Both the position numbers and the translations under genes were made by a program. A stretch of DNA of 63,999 bases, counting the filler, from Octopus bimaculoides (lineage: Eukaryota): NCBI RefSeq assembly GCF_001194135.2. It is 5 parts of 5 records of this genome, joined end to end, with 100 filler letters (N's around TTAATTAATTAA, not from the genome) between each part and the next. Parts side by side here need not be neighbours in the genome. Positions count along the whole stretch, not along the records: positions 20,294 to 41,925 come from NC_069005.1; positions 42,026 to 56,252 come from NW_026363497.1; 3 more parts are not named here. One strand, 5' to 3'. Positions 34,813-47,984 of the stretch are shown piece after piece (position 1 is the first letter of the stretch; each line of letters begins with the position of its first letter). The notes below the pieces were generated by a model that worked only from the letters and a program-made list of their open reading frames with translations, made no database searches and had not been told where the DNA came from.

Positions 34813-37800
34813 TATTTTATAAAGATTGATGTAATTCTTCATGAAGGTAAATAGACAATAAGAAGAGCATGATGCGATTTGCAATAGATTGTTTCTTTAA
34901 CGGTTTGAATGATATTTTACAGGCTATCTGTCTTCTTCAGGTTCAAAACGTAAAATGAAAACAACCGCAGAAACACACAAATTCAAAATATAAATAAAGA
35001 AATCCTGTGTTCCCATTTTGTTTTACATTCTGAGTTCAAATCTTGCCAAGGTTAACTTTGCCCTTTATCTTTCCAGATGCTGGAAAATAAAGTACCAGTC
35101 AAGTACCAAAGTTAATGTAATCACCAGTCCCCTCCCACAAAAATTGCTAACCTTGAAACAATCAATCATTAGGATGGCTTCCTTCTGGATATGGTTCTGG
35201 AATGGCAACGATTCTGCCAGCATGTCACCTTAATAATGATGGCAGTAGTAGTAATAGTAGTAGTAATGATAATAACAATAGTTTTGTTTTAGTAAAAAAG
35301 ATGGGCTGCAGCAAATAATCTACTCAATACCACGGATTTGCTTGTCAGATGCTTGACCTTAACCAATTGAGCATGTCCCTTAATAGCTGACAATATGTGC
35401 ATCTCTGATTTCAAGCAGGAGTAGTGGGGGAGTATCATAACCATGTGCTGAGAGGAATTCTTTGGGGTTTGAACAATTCACCTCTGGAAACATGGGTGTT
35501 TCATTCAAGGACATTTTGAGTGGGACAGGCTACTCAACTTGAAGAAAATTCTAACTGGGCCCCACTTGCAAGGTCATCCTTAAACAACCCTTATTCAGGG
35601 ACCTTTTGAGCAGGATGGACTACTCAACCTAAGAAAATTCTAACAGAGCCCAACCTGCAAGGTCATGTGCTGTTTATCTTGATATGAGATCCTCATGTCA
35701 CGCACACGTGGTTGTTGTGATGCACGTGCCTGGTGTACTCTTATCAGATCTGAGTCATGACAGGTATATTGGACTTCGTATATTTGTACCCCAGTGTCAC
35801 TTTGATGGCATGCACTGCTTTCTCTCACTCAACAATGGTAGTAGTAGTAGTAGTAGTAGTAGTAGTAATAGGATTAGTAGTAGTAGTAATAATAACAATT
35901 TACCTGATGTATGGTAAATATGGTGTTACATGGCCATTTGAAACAGAAATTACATAGGTAGTAATAAATGTCAGGAAGGTTACTACGACCAAAGAAATTG
36001 GTAACATTTCCAAACCTAAGAGAAAGCACATCTGGAAGAATAAGAAAACAAAAACAGTTAAACAAAAGTTGAATTCAAATTAAAGAAAATAAAATTCAAT
36101 GTTTTCGTTCATTTCATATCTTATATAGCTTTAGTCATAATGTGTAAAACAGACTCAAATATATTTTGTAATTTTGAAACTAAACTGCTTTTCACTGAAG
36201 CTGAGAAGCACTTTGTCAGTAATGGCCCAAATACTAGAGTCTAAAGCTTTAGTAAAGCTTACCTATAATTCAACGGCCATAAGAAATCTTTCTCTTAATT
36301 CTCTGTAGATCTGATATAATCATCCCTCTTCCATTTACAAAATTCTTTAAAAATATTCTTTCTTTTTAATAATACATTAAAAGGTCCTGACAGAATCTTA
36401 TTCACCATAATTGAGTGCATTTATCTTTTACAAAATATTCTCTTTATTCAGTCCTTTTATGGTTTAGAGAAGGCAGGCAGCACCAATAACTCTTTCCAGG
36501 GCATCTGATACTGGTAGTAGGAAAATTTCCTAAAACTGGATACCTGGCCCAACAGACTCCATTAAAGGCACTCTAAGGTTAAGAAGTGGTGCTAAACCAA
36601 GAAACAAATTTAAGAACACACTTTCTGATTACCAAATTTTACTCACAAAACGTTGGTCACTTTTTGGTTATGATAAAGGACATTTGCTGAAGTGTCTGTG
36701 TTGTTAGGTTGAATTCTAAATCATGTAATAGCAAAGTGAACTAAACACACAGCAATGCCTGCAACTTGTCTTTATGAATAAAAGTCTCTTATAATCTATA
36801 AACTATTGATTAATTGCATTTGTTTTTAACATTTAAAAAAATTATTCTTGTTTTTAGCAGCTTTAATTATAACAGTAAGTTATAAAAATTCCAAATTCCA
36901 TTTGGTAGCATGCTCTATTGTTGTAGTGTGTTTCTTTCAATCCCCAGTATCTCAAACTCATTTTAGAAGAAAGTTAGTCAACTAATCAGTAAATCTCTCA
37001 CAAAACACCTTTCATTTTCTATGATACCACTGCTGCTGCTGTTATTATTGTCTTGGCTCTCAGTTTAAATACACCAAACAATACTCAGAAAGTATTACCT
37101 TGATATAAACTCTTCCTTTCACCATTAAAAAAACAATCAATAAATAATACAGCCAAAGGAATGCATATGAATATTATTCAGAAATATTATTTATACATTA
37201 TGAACAACAATCTTTTACTATTCAAATGTAAATGAAGTGTTAATTAATGTTTGAAGTGTTAGTCTTGTTAATAAGGTTTGGTTATTCTGTTTTGCTTCCA
37301 CATTGAGCATTGTTTCAACTGAGAAGAAATACTATTTTGTCCTAGTTTGAAATAAATACAAAAAAATGTGAAACACATTGCCTTAAAAACTATTTCTTCA
37401 TTTCATATTAACTAAAACTACACATATCTACAAACATTTAGAAACATTTAGATTTTGATGAAGTTAGTCCAGTACAAAAATCAAAACAAATAATAACTAT
37501 TCTTTTCTACTCTAGGCAGAAGGCCCGAAATTTTTGGGGAGGGGGCCAGTTGATTAGACCGACCCCAGTACACAACTGGTACTGAATTTATTGACCCCCA
37601 AAGGCAAAATGAAGCATACTACTGAGACATGATCCTCCAATCCATCTATGAAGGCAGTTACTTTGAATAAGAACTGACTTGGACCAAGACACTCTGTCTA
37701 AGCCATGCCAGCTTGAAAGGCAGATGTAAAAAGACAACGAGATGCCTGGCTGTTAGTCTTGTTATGTAAACAAAGTTAGGATACTGATAATCTGGTTTAC

Positions 37801-38323
37801 ATTTTCACTAAGAAGTTCTTCATAAAAGACAGGACTTTTCCATCCAATTCATTCTGCTATCCACCTAGAATCATTTCTGTTCACTGTCTGCAAAGGCTGG
37901 ATCTCGTTGGGTTCTCCCTCCGTCTTGCTGCAACATTTTCATCTCTATAAGTTTTCCAAATTTATTTTTCATCATACCTCGTTAATGGTAGCAGTCCTAA
38001 AGAAAGAGAAAAGTTTTAACTGGGTGTGAGCAGGCTTCTTGATGTCTTCTGCAGCTGAGATGAAGAGAGTTGGTGGAACTATTTGATGACAGTCACATAG
38101 CTGCCTCACAACAACATGGAGCATTAATGTTAAGTGTTAGTCCTGTTAATGTGGTGGGTAATTTTGTTTTTGTGAATGTTATGAATTTTTGAGCATGGCT
38201 TTTATGGTTGAATGCCTTTCCTCTTGTCAACCAGCATGTACTGGCTGCATTTTATCATATCACCAGCATAACAGATTGTCAGTATTGTCTCTACGTGTGT
38301 ATATATGTATATACATATGTATA

Positions 38324-38692
38324 GTGGAGGCGCAATGGCCCAGTGGTTAGGGCAGCAGACTTGTGGTCATAGGATCGTGGTTTCGATTCCCAGACCGGGC
38401 GTTGTGAGTGTTTATTGAGCGAAAACACCTAAAGCTCCACGAGGCTCCAGCAGGGGATGGTGGCGAACCCTGCTGTACTCTTTCACCACAACTTTCTCTC
38501 ACTCTTACTTCCTGTTTCTGTTGTGCCTGTAATTCAAAGGGTCATGCTGAATATCCCCGAGAACTACGTTAAGGGTACACGTGTCCGTGGGGTGCTCAGC
38601 CACTTGCACATTAATTTCACGAGCAGGCTGTTCCATTGATCTGATCAACTGGAACCCTCGACGTCGTAAGCGATGGAGTGCCAACAACAACA
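38324..38692 (+). mobile_element. tRNA-derived SINE family D, 11-bp TSD
   Basis: Near-identical to 22523; flanked by acatatgtata on both sides. Confidence 0.9.
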
Positions 38693-39399
38693 ACATATGT
38701 ATATTATATGTGTGTACCAGCTAGCAGAGAATATAACTGCTGAGTTTTTATGATGGATACTACTTAATATTGGTTTAAAATTTTGGCACAAGGCCAGCAA
38801 TTTTGAGGGAAGAGGTAAATCGATTACATCCACCCCAGTGTTCAACTAGTACTTATTTTATCAACCTCAAAAGGATGAAAGGCAAAGTCAATCTCGGCAG
38901 AATTTGAACTCAGAAACTAAAGACAGACAAATTGCTACTAAGCATTTTGCCCAGCAAGCTAACGTTTCAGCCAGCTTGCTACCTTAATACTATTTTATAT
39001 AGTAAAAGTTTATATAAAACTCTGCAGGATTATCCTTTCTGCTTGCATAAACACTTAACAGACACATAAAGGGTAAACATTACAACCATTCTAAAAATTT
39101 TACTAAACGATAAAACTTTTGCAACACCCCCATGTACATAAGAATGATCCCAAATAACTCTATTGCTTTGTTACTGCCAAAATGTTCTAGAATCAGCACT
39201 TCATACCATATTTCCTTTCCAACAATGTACCATTCTTCACTCACAAAGAACTACATTTCAAGCTAGACAATACTCAACTATCAATCACAGAAATGAAAGA
39301 AAATATAAAAGCAAAATAAAAATAACCACTGAAACGCAGAAAGCTTTTGTCAAAATTCTGCAAAGATGTCACCAATATATCTAAACCTAGTATATTAAG

Positions 39400-39560
39400 T
39401 CCCTGGCATGGCTGTGGGGTAAGAATCTTGCTGCCCAACCACGTTGTTCTGGGTTCAGTCTCACTGTGTGGGACATCAGAGAAGTGTCTTCTACTATAAT
39501 CTCAGGCCACGCAAAGCCTTGTGAGTAGATTTAGTGGATGGAAACTGAAAGAAGCCTGTC
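39400..39560 (+). mobile_element. SINE family B head
   Basis: ggcatggctgtggggtaagaa..gggttcagtctcactg..gtgtcttctactata..ggaaactgaaagaagcc. Confidence 0.75.
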
Positions 39561-39639
39561 AGTAACAGCGTCGGAAAATGAAGTCAGAACTATATACAAC
39601 TAAATCTAATAAATGTTCATACAGAGAAAAAACAAAATG

Positions 39640-40032
39640 CCCCTTGTTGGTAAATTGTTACCATTTTATGCTTTTAATTTTATGCATGTGCATTGTTTGT
39701 TTTCGATTTTGTTGACTACACATTATAATAGGGTCAGTTGGGCACCGTCTGTGAGAAAAACAACACCATGACGCAATTCACTCTGCTAGAAATTTGAAAA
39801 ATGACATGCTGTACTGCTTGACATTCACACCGGAAGCTCCAATACAAACATTTCAGAGTGTTTGGGTGTCAATCTGAGTGTTTGCTGTGTCCCCAAAACA
39901 TGTACTGAGAGGGATAAAAATCAAACATCCAGTTAAAATCATGGTGTTTGGAGTGATCACTAGTGATGGCGACATTATGCTTCCATTCATCTTCTCACAC
40001 GGCTTCATGCTCAACATGGAGGCCTACGTCAA
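39640..40032 (+). mobile_element. maT deletion derivative, second copy, running into a gap
   Basis: Colinear with 25130-25510, including the gggtgtcaatctgagtgttt segment and IKIKHPVKIMVFGVITSDGDIM. Confidence 0.85.
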
Positions 40033-41736
40033 NNNNNNNNNNNNNNNNNNNNNNNNNNNNNNNNNNNNNNNNNNNNNNNNNNNNNNNNNNNNNNNNNNNN
40101 NNNNNNNNNNNNNNNNNNNNNNNNNNNNNNNNNNNNNNNNNNNNNNNNNNNNNNNNNNNNNNNNNNNNNNNNNNNNNNNNNNNNNNNNNNNNNNNNNNNN
40201 NNNNNNNNNNNNNNNNNNNNNNNNNNNNNNNNNNNNNNNNNNNNNNNNNNNNNNNNNNNNNNNNNNNNNNNNNNNNNNNNNNNNNNNNNNNNNNNNNNNN
40301 NNNNNNNNNNNNNNNNNNNNNNNNNNNNNNNNNNNNNNNNNNNNNNNNNNNNNNNNNNNNNNNNNNNNNNNNNNNNNNNNNNNNNNNNNNNNNNNNNNNN
40401 NNNNNNNNNNNNNNNNNNNNNNNNNNNNNNNNNNNNNNNNNNNNNNNNNNNNNNNNNNNNNNNNNNNNNNNNNNNNNNNNNNNNNNNNNNNNNNNNNNNN
40501 NNNNNNNNNNNNNNNNNNNNNNNNNNNNNNNNNNNNNNNNNNNNNNNNNNNNNNNNNNNNNNNNNNNNNNNNNNNNNNNNNNNNNNNNNNNNNNNNNNNN
40601 NNNNNNNNNNNNNNNNNNNNNNNNNNNNNNNNNNNNNNNNNNNNNNNNNNNNNNNNNNNNNNNNNNNNNNNNNNNNNNNNNNNNNNNNNNNNNNNNNNNN
40701 NNNNNNNNNNNNNNNNNNNNNNNNNNNNNNNNNNNNNNNNNNNNNNNNNNNNNNNNNNNNNNNNNNNNNNNNNNNNNNNNNNNNNNNNNNNNNNNNNNNN
40801 NNNNNNNNNNNNNNNNNNNNNNNNNNNNNNNNNNNNNNNNNNNNNNNNNNNNNNNNNNNNNNNNNNNNNNNNNNNNNNNNNNNNNNGACTGTCCCCCACG
40901 ACCACTGGACAACTGGTGTTGGTGTGGTTAAATCCCTGTAAGTTAGCAGTTTGGCAAAAGAGCCTCAGTTTTTAAAAAAAGTATTGAGGTTGATTTTTTT
41001 CAACAAAAAACCTTCAAAGCAGTGCCCCAGCATGGCCGCACTGAAATGACTGAAATAAGTGAAAGATAAAACACAAGTACTTCAGTTATTATATTACTGC
41101 AATTTAAAACCTCGATTTTTTTTTATTGAAAAGCTTACAGTCAAGGAAGCAGACAAAATAATTCCCTCCACATTCTACCAAGTAGTTCATAGCATGTATC
41201 ACAAACTCACATAAAAATACATACACAGCATAACACAAAACTAAATACTTAGACTTATTGGCTACTGTGATTAGACACTAGCATCGTTCAGTTAGTCATA
41301 AACTATTCCTATGAACATGTTTTACAAACTGTAGTGGGTTAACACTCCATGCTTTATCTGATAAGTCAAATTTTAGGACTTTGGCATAGAAGAGAGTAAA
41401 AAATAAGAGGAATGGGAACGAACTAGTCCTTCATATTTTCTTCTTTAAGTAGTGTATGTGCATGTGAGAGAGAACAGGAAGGAGACTGAAAGAGATGGGG
41501 AGTGAGAAAGGAGGAAGGGTAAAAGAGAGAGAGAACGGTGGGGAAGATTTTGTATATAGATTCAATGATGTGAAGGATTTGCAATAATTTGAAGAATTTG
41601 CATCACAAATGCTTCTTTCCAGACCTTACTATAATTTTAGGATGTTTACATAGCTTAGGAATTTTAAATTAAAATATAAATAACATTTTGAAATATAAGC
41701 ATATCAAAATACGGAAGCACAAATTTGAAAAGACTT

Positions 41737-41925
41737 GTACTCTTTTACTCGTTTCAGTCATTTGACTGCGGCCATGCTGGAGCACCGCCTTCAGTCGAGC
41801 AAATCGACTCCAGGACTTATTCCTTGTAAGCCTAGTACTTATTCTATCGGTCTCTTTTGCCGAACCGCTAAGTTACGGGGACGTAAACACACCAGCATCG
41901 GTTGTCGAGCTATGTTGGGGGGACA
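41737..41925 (-). mobile_element. SINE family B, tail
   Basis: tactcttttactcgtttcagtcatttgactgcggccatgctggagcaccgcc. Confidence 0.85.
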
Positions 41926-42025
41926 NNNNNNNNNNNNNNNNNNNNNNNNNNNNNNNNNNNNNNNNNNNNTTAATTAATTAANNNNNNNNNNNNNNNNNNN
42001 NNNNNNNNNNNNNNNNNNNNNNNNN

Positions 42026-42070
<45 letters not shown>

Positions 42071-43149
42071 TCTCTCTTTATCTATCTATATATATGTAAT
42101 TGCACACACACACACACTCTCACACAGACATACATACATACATATATACACATANNNNNNNNNNNNNNNNNNNNNNNNNNNNNNNNNNNNNNNNNNNNNN
42201 NNNNNNNNNNNNNNNNNNNNNNNNNNNNNNNNNNNNNNNNNNNNNNNNNNNNNNNNNNNNNNNNNNNNNNNNNNNNNNNNNNNNNNNNNNNNNNNNNNNN
42301 NNNNNNNNNNNNNNNNNNNNNNNNNNNNNNNNNNNNNNNNNNNNNNNNNNNNNNNNNNNNNNNNNNNNNNNNNNNNNNNNNNNNNNNNNNNNNNNNNNNN
42401 NNNNNNNNNNNNNNNNNNNNNNNNNNNNNNNNNNNNNNNNNNNNNNNNNNNNNNNNNNNNNNNNNNNNNNNNNNNNNNNNNNNNNNNNNNNNNNNNNNNN
42501 NNNNNNNNNNNNNNNNNNNNNNNNNNNNNNNNNNNNNNNNNNNNNNNNNNNNNNNNNNNNNNNNNNNNNNNNNNNNNNNNNNNNNNNNNNNNNNNNNNNN
42601 NNNNNNNNNNNNNNNNNNNNNNNNNNNNNNNNNNNNNNNNNNNNNNNNNNNNNNNNNNNNNNNNNNNNNNNNNNNNNNNNNNNNNNNNNNNNNNNNNNNN
42701 NNNNNNNNNNNNNNNNNNNNNNNNNNNNNNNNNNNNNNNNNNNNNNNNNNNGCACACACACACACACTCTCACACAGACATACATACATACATATATACA
42801 CATAGGTGTGTACTTAGAGATGAGTGTCTGAGTTCGTATGGCAATCAACCTTTTGTTAAACGCATTGCACATAAATCTGTGTTGGTGTCCATATACGCCA
42901 CCACAAATCACTCCACCCACCTTTCTCTTTGCCCGAATTAGTAATATATAAGAATGCATAAATGTGCGTGTGTGTGTGTGTGCGTGTGCGTGTGTGTGTG
43001 TGTGTGTAAAGTTCATAGTTCAAAGCTTATTTCAGGGTTTTAAAGCTTAGTAATGAACTGTGTCAGCTATTTTGGGAATGCAATTTTGAAGGGGATCAAT
43101 ACAGTATGTAAGTACGTTGTATATTGTAGCTGTACTGTACGTCTTTTTG

Positions 43150-43480
43150 CCACTTGGTGTTATTTAGGATATTTCCGGTTTTTATTGAGAAGCTGGGGTT
43201 TATTAGTGGAGCTTGTCATGGTGTTGTTAGTATAGTAATTTATCTTCAGCTTTGATATCCACATGAGGGTGTGAATAGGTGTAAATACTGTCAGCATGTT
43301 CTTTGATTAATAAGTAGAGATTTTAACCTTTGAGGTTTATGGAGGCAGGGCTTATTGAATATGTGTTTATAAATATTTCTTCAATTTCGTTTCAAATGTG
43401 GGTATTTTCCAATATATCATTTTAGGCCTATGGATGTATGTGAAAGTGTGACATTGCAAATAAGTGTGTTTAAAATAGGA
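43150..43480 (-). mobile_element. Highly decayed PLE endonuclease-like fragment
   Basis: CNVTL..YIGK..LKR and LLNK motifs across stops and frameshifts. Confidence 0.3.
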
Positions 43481-43557
43481 ATAAAAATAATATTTAATTC
43501 AAAAACTTTATCAAAGTATTTAAAATCTATATATACATACATACACACATAGCAACC

Positions 43558-43648
<91 letters not shown>

Positions 43649-44249
43649 AGAGAGTTCATGAGAAGTAATGGTGTCAATAAGACCCAAAGGTGTCAGCTAA
43701 TGCTGAGTAAGTGCTATGGACAGACTATAGTTAAGCTCCAGGTTCGGTAATTATGCGAATAAGGAGTCCAACGTTGGTCATATATCAGCATGTGTATATA
43801 TATAAACATTTTTAGGATAAGATGAAAATCCAAGGCTGTGAAAGATTTTAGAACATTTATAAATAGGTCTTATATTTTATATATCCCTTCATCGGAAAAA
43901 ATGGTTAAGCAATAGTTATTTTAGATAAGAAATGGAGAGTGAAGTGGAGGAATGAAAATAGACGTGAGATATGCAGGGATATTGCATCCGTAGATCCATT
44001 TTTTAGGCAGAATGGTAAACATATGATTCAATATTTTGTAAGTTCCAATAGTATTTAAATTTAGTCTTTCCAAGTATAGAAAAAAGATAAAAGGAAAAAG
44101 AAAAAAAGAGGAAGAAAAGCGGGGAGAGAGAGAGAGATAATAGAGAACATTGATTAGTGGTCAATAAAGATAAAAGGATGATAGGGTAAAGAGTAAAGGA
44201 GTGTCGGATAGAATTATTGGGATTACTTAAGGGGTATTGTGGAAATGTA

Positions 44250-45130
44250 CTGCATGGTCATTTAGGCATTTGGATTTGTGGTAGAATTTGAATGAGTGAA
44301 AAGAGCGGTGGTTGCATGTGCTTAGTGCCTCATTATGCTTATTTAGCAGTGTTGGAGAGTTGTGCTTTAATATGTGAAGTGCTTCCTTCAGGCAAAGCTT
44401 GCAAATTGAATGTTAACCTCGGTAGGGAAGCCCTGAATCCAGTATGGTCCATGATAGAGCATAGGGTATATTTGTATTTTTGAGATGATGTATGTTGTAG
44501 ATTTACTATGTTTATCGTATCTAAAAGAATGGAGGTGAGCGGCATATCGTTGCTTAAAAATTTTGGTTGATTCTATGTATATGGCTGCAGAGTTGTGTAA
44601 TAAATTAAGGACAGTGCATTTGTAAATTACATTATATCTTCTGCAATGGGTTTGTAACGGTTCCAGGATGGCAGTTGCAATGAGGTGAATTTTGGGGGAT
44701 GTATTCAGGAATCGAGGAGGTAATATTGCCAGATGAGAGGTTAGAGAGGGGGATAGAAAATTCTAGATTATCAGTATTATCATTACCATCATTGCTGTTA
44801 TTACCATTGTGATTATTAATTGTAGTATTTGTAAGAATGGTAGAGATTGTTGTGGTGTTTCGGGCAGTTTCAGTAGGATGGGTTGGGTTGTGGTGGTGGT
44901 CTAATGTAATGGTATCTGTGCTGGAATTGTGTGTATGTTGAGTGTTCGTATGACTAGAGTTGTAAGTTATATGGAGTTGCTATTTCATTTATTACTTTCG
45001 CTTTTGACTTGAAGATAAATAACAAAGTTTTAGAGATATGCTCTTTATTAGGTTTTCAATAATGCTTTTTGAGTGGTTGGATTGTGTATGTAAATTGGGA
45101 TACACACAACATATTTCTAAGACATTTTCT
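44250..45130 (-). mobile_element. Penelope-like element: RT thumb, N/T-rich linker, GIY-YIG endonuclease
   Basis: SNHSKSIIENLIKSISLKL; HCNCH; HCRRYNVIYKCTV..IYIESTKIFKQRYAAHLHSFR; LSWTILDSGLPYRG..ICKLCLKEALHIL..LLNKHNEALSTCNHR. Confidence 0.85.
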
Positions 45131-45567
45131 ATGTCTACCTAAAAATCTATGTAAAAAACGTAAGGGTACATAATGCGGGACTTAACTTTGAATTTTTGAA
45201 CTTTACATTACTTTACATGTAAAAGCAAATGATTAAATCCAATAAGACCAAATTAACTATACTAATTACTGATCCACTACTCCAAAACTTCCTCTACATA
45301 ACTACTTTTTGTAAAGCACAAGAGAACAATGACCTGAAACTAACATACAAAAATATACGTACGCATTTATAAAGTTCTACATGGATGGATAGATTCTGAA
45401 CAAAAATATAACCCCAGATTTAATGCATAAAATGCTCACCGTACCTCTCCATCACAACCCAATATACAACCAACGGTAATGTTAATCATTCGACTGAGCG
45501 TCACAAATACCCAGAAACATTTTATCTCCATAGAGACGATATAAATCCAAGATTAACTTAAAGCATC

Positions 45568-45612
45568 ATAGTCCGATGATGGCTTAGCTGGCCGAAATTT
45601 CGAAGTAACTGT
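45568..45612 (+). ncRNA. Minimal hammerhead-like motif (family H3) in a PLE-type terminal segment
   Basis: atagt-CCGATGA-t-ggc[ttagctg]gcc-GAAA-tttcgaa-GTA-actgt. Stem I pairs and stem III is self-complementary; U4 is changed to C. Confidence 0.55.
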
Positions 45613-45869
45613 CAATAGTATTCTTGTTAAAGAATAATAAATAAACACATGCACATATATATATATGCATACATACATATTAATACAGACACACACACGT
45701 GTATATATTAGATAATAAAATGAATAGTTTATACCTGGTAGTTTATACCTGGTAAACCACGGTCACTTTCACAATGTTTGTTATCTATCTGGTTAATGAC
45801 AGAAGGAAGATGGAAAATACGAGTGTTTTTATTAATCACTAAAATTGTTTCGACACATCTAGCATCCTA

Positions 45870-46388
45870 TAAAACCAGAGCTATCCAGTGTGGTATGTTA
45901 CTGTTCCCAATGAGAGCTTGCTGCTACAGATTGATAGGATATGGTCGGTAGAATGTTAGCTTCTTGTACCGTAATCCAACAATCAAGTCTCTTCCAGGTA
46001 CTTTTCCATCCTGGAGTTTCTGGATCACAGTTGCAAGAGTTTCGCCATCAATGTTGTATGTCTTGGATGTAATGCAGGATCAATAACATCTTCGGATTTC
46101 ATCCAGCCACAGAGCAGTTTGGTTAAACTCCTTCTCTTCACTCCAGATTTTCCTCCAGAAGGGTCTATGACCTTTCGTGAAGGAGCTTTCATGATATTCC
46201 CTGCTCCTACTTTCATGTGTCTGTATACTGCTGTCTGATTCCGCTTAATTTTTTTGCTTATTGTTCTTCTCTCGGTTATTTTCTTCTGATGTCGGAGTTT
46301 TTCACTAACAGCTTTTAGCTCCTGCTTGGTTTGCAAGTGAGTATCCTCTTTTTACTGTCTCCGAACATCATTTCTATCTTCTTCATGC

Positions 46389-46390
<2 letters not shown>
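45870..46390 (-). mobile_element. R4/Dong-type LINE pre-RT/domain-0 fragment
   Basis: KLRHQKKITERR..KAPS..PFWRKIWSEEKEFNQTALWL..KLQDGKVPGRDLI. Confidence 0.7.
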
Positions 46391-46419
<29 letters not shown>

Positions 46420-46829
46420 NNNNNNNNNNNNNNNNNNNNNNNNNNNNNNNNNNNNNNNNNNNNNNNNNNNNNNNNNNNNNNNNNNNNNNNNNNNNNNNNN
46501 NNNNNNNNNNNNNNNNNNNNNNNNNNNNNNNNNNNNNNNNNNNNNNNNNNNNNNNNNNNNNNNNNNNNNNNNNNNNNNNNNNNNNNNNNNNNNNNNNNNN
46601 NNNNNNNNNNNNNNNNNNNNNNNNNNNNNNNNNNNNNNNNNNNNNNNNNNNNNNNNNNNNNNNNNNNNNNNNNNNNNNNNNNNNNNNNNNNNNNNNNNNN
46701 NNNNNNNNNNNNNNNNNNNNNNNNNNNNNNNNNNNNNNNNNNNNNNNNNNNNNNNNNNNNNNNNNNNNNNNNNNNNNNNNNNNNNNNNNNNNNNNNNNNN
46801 NNNNNNNNNNNNNNNNNNNNNNNNNNNNN

Positions 46830-46871
<42 letters not shown>

Positions 46872-47916
46872 ATGTTTGTTTGTGAGTGTGTGTGTATGTG
46901 TATGCATGTTTGTGTGTGAGTGTGTGTGTTTGTGTGTGTGTGTGTACGTGATCGTCATTGAAGCTATTTTACAAATATTCGAAGATTCTCAGATGCACTA
47001 ATATGGCTGAAAACACACATGACTTACAATATCTAGTTTCGTCTGTATACCTTAGAAGACGAACAAGTTATAATCATGGATTGAGTTCACGTCATTCGAG
47101 AATAGTTTTATTCAAATTTTTTTCTCAAAGTAAAGCCTCGAATGGAGGAATCATCAACATTGGTATTATAAACATGTAATAACAATATGAAAGCGTAAAT
47201 GAAACAAATAACTTATCACTGATACAGTGATAACATGACGAATATCAAGTCAGATTTCCTAAATATCAGCCGACTGGAATTGAAATTCTATATCATGTCT
47301 GCTACTGCCAGTTTTTCAGCTCTTTAATCAAATATATGACCTCGCATACTTGTCAGATATAATCAACAAATGGTGACAATGGGGAAAGTAGATTTTTCAG
47401 ACACACAGATACATACGATATATTTGTTAATAACAACATATAAGATTTCGTTTATATTGAAATTAACGTCTTTTAGTTTATGAGATTTTAGGGGGAAAAA
47501 ACTGGATTACTGAGTCCTGAAAGAAATAATAGTAATTCTATGTATTTCCCTTGCGAATGTTAAAATAAATGTTTGTGGTTTTATCACTCTACTATAATGG
47601 TTATTTTTCATTCAATGCATATATATTTCAGAGAAGAAAAAATAACCACCATAAACCTATTACTAATTCTCTATGTATATAGGGTATAATAGTAAAAATT
47701 GTTTATCTGTTATTTGAATTCCATAAGTGTCTATTAACATAACCATAGCATGAATACATATAGACATACAACACAGTAATATATATTTATTAACATATGT
47801 CTGTGTAAAATTGTATGGAAATATGAATGTGTACGTGTATGTATGCATACGTATGTATGTATATATATATATATATAACTCTTGGAAGAGAATGCGTCGC
47901 GTTCAGTGCTGAATTT

Positions 47917-47984
<68 letters not shown>

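Noticed and set aside
42100-42803. Identical sequence on both sides of a gap
   Set aside because: Probably unmerged overlapping contig ends in a microsatellite.
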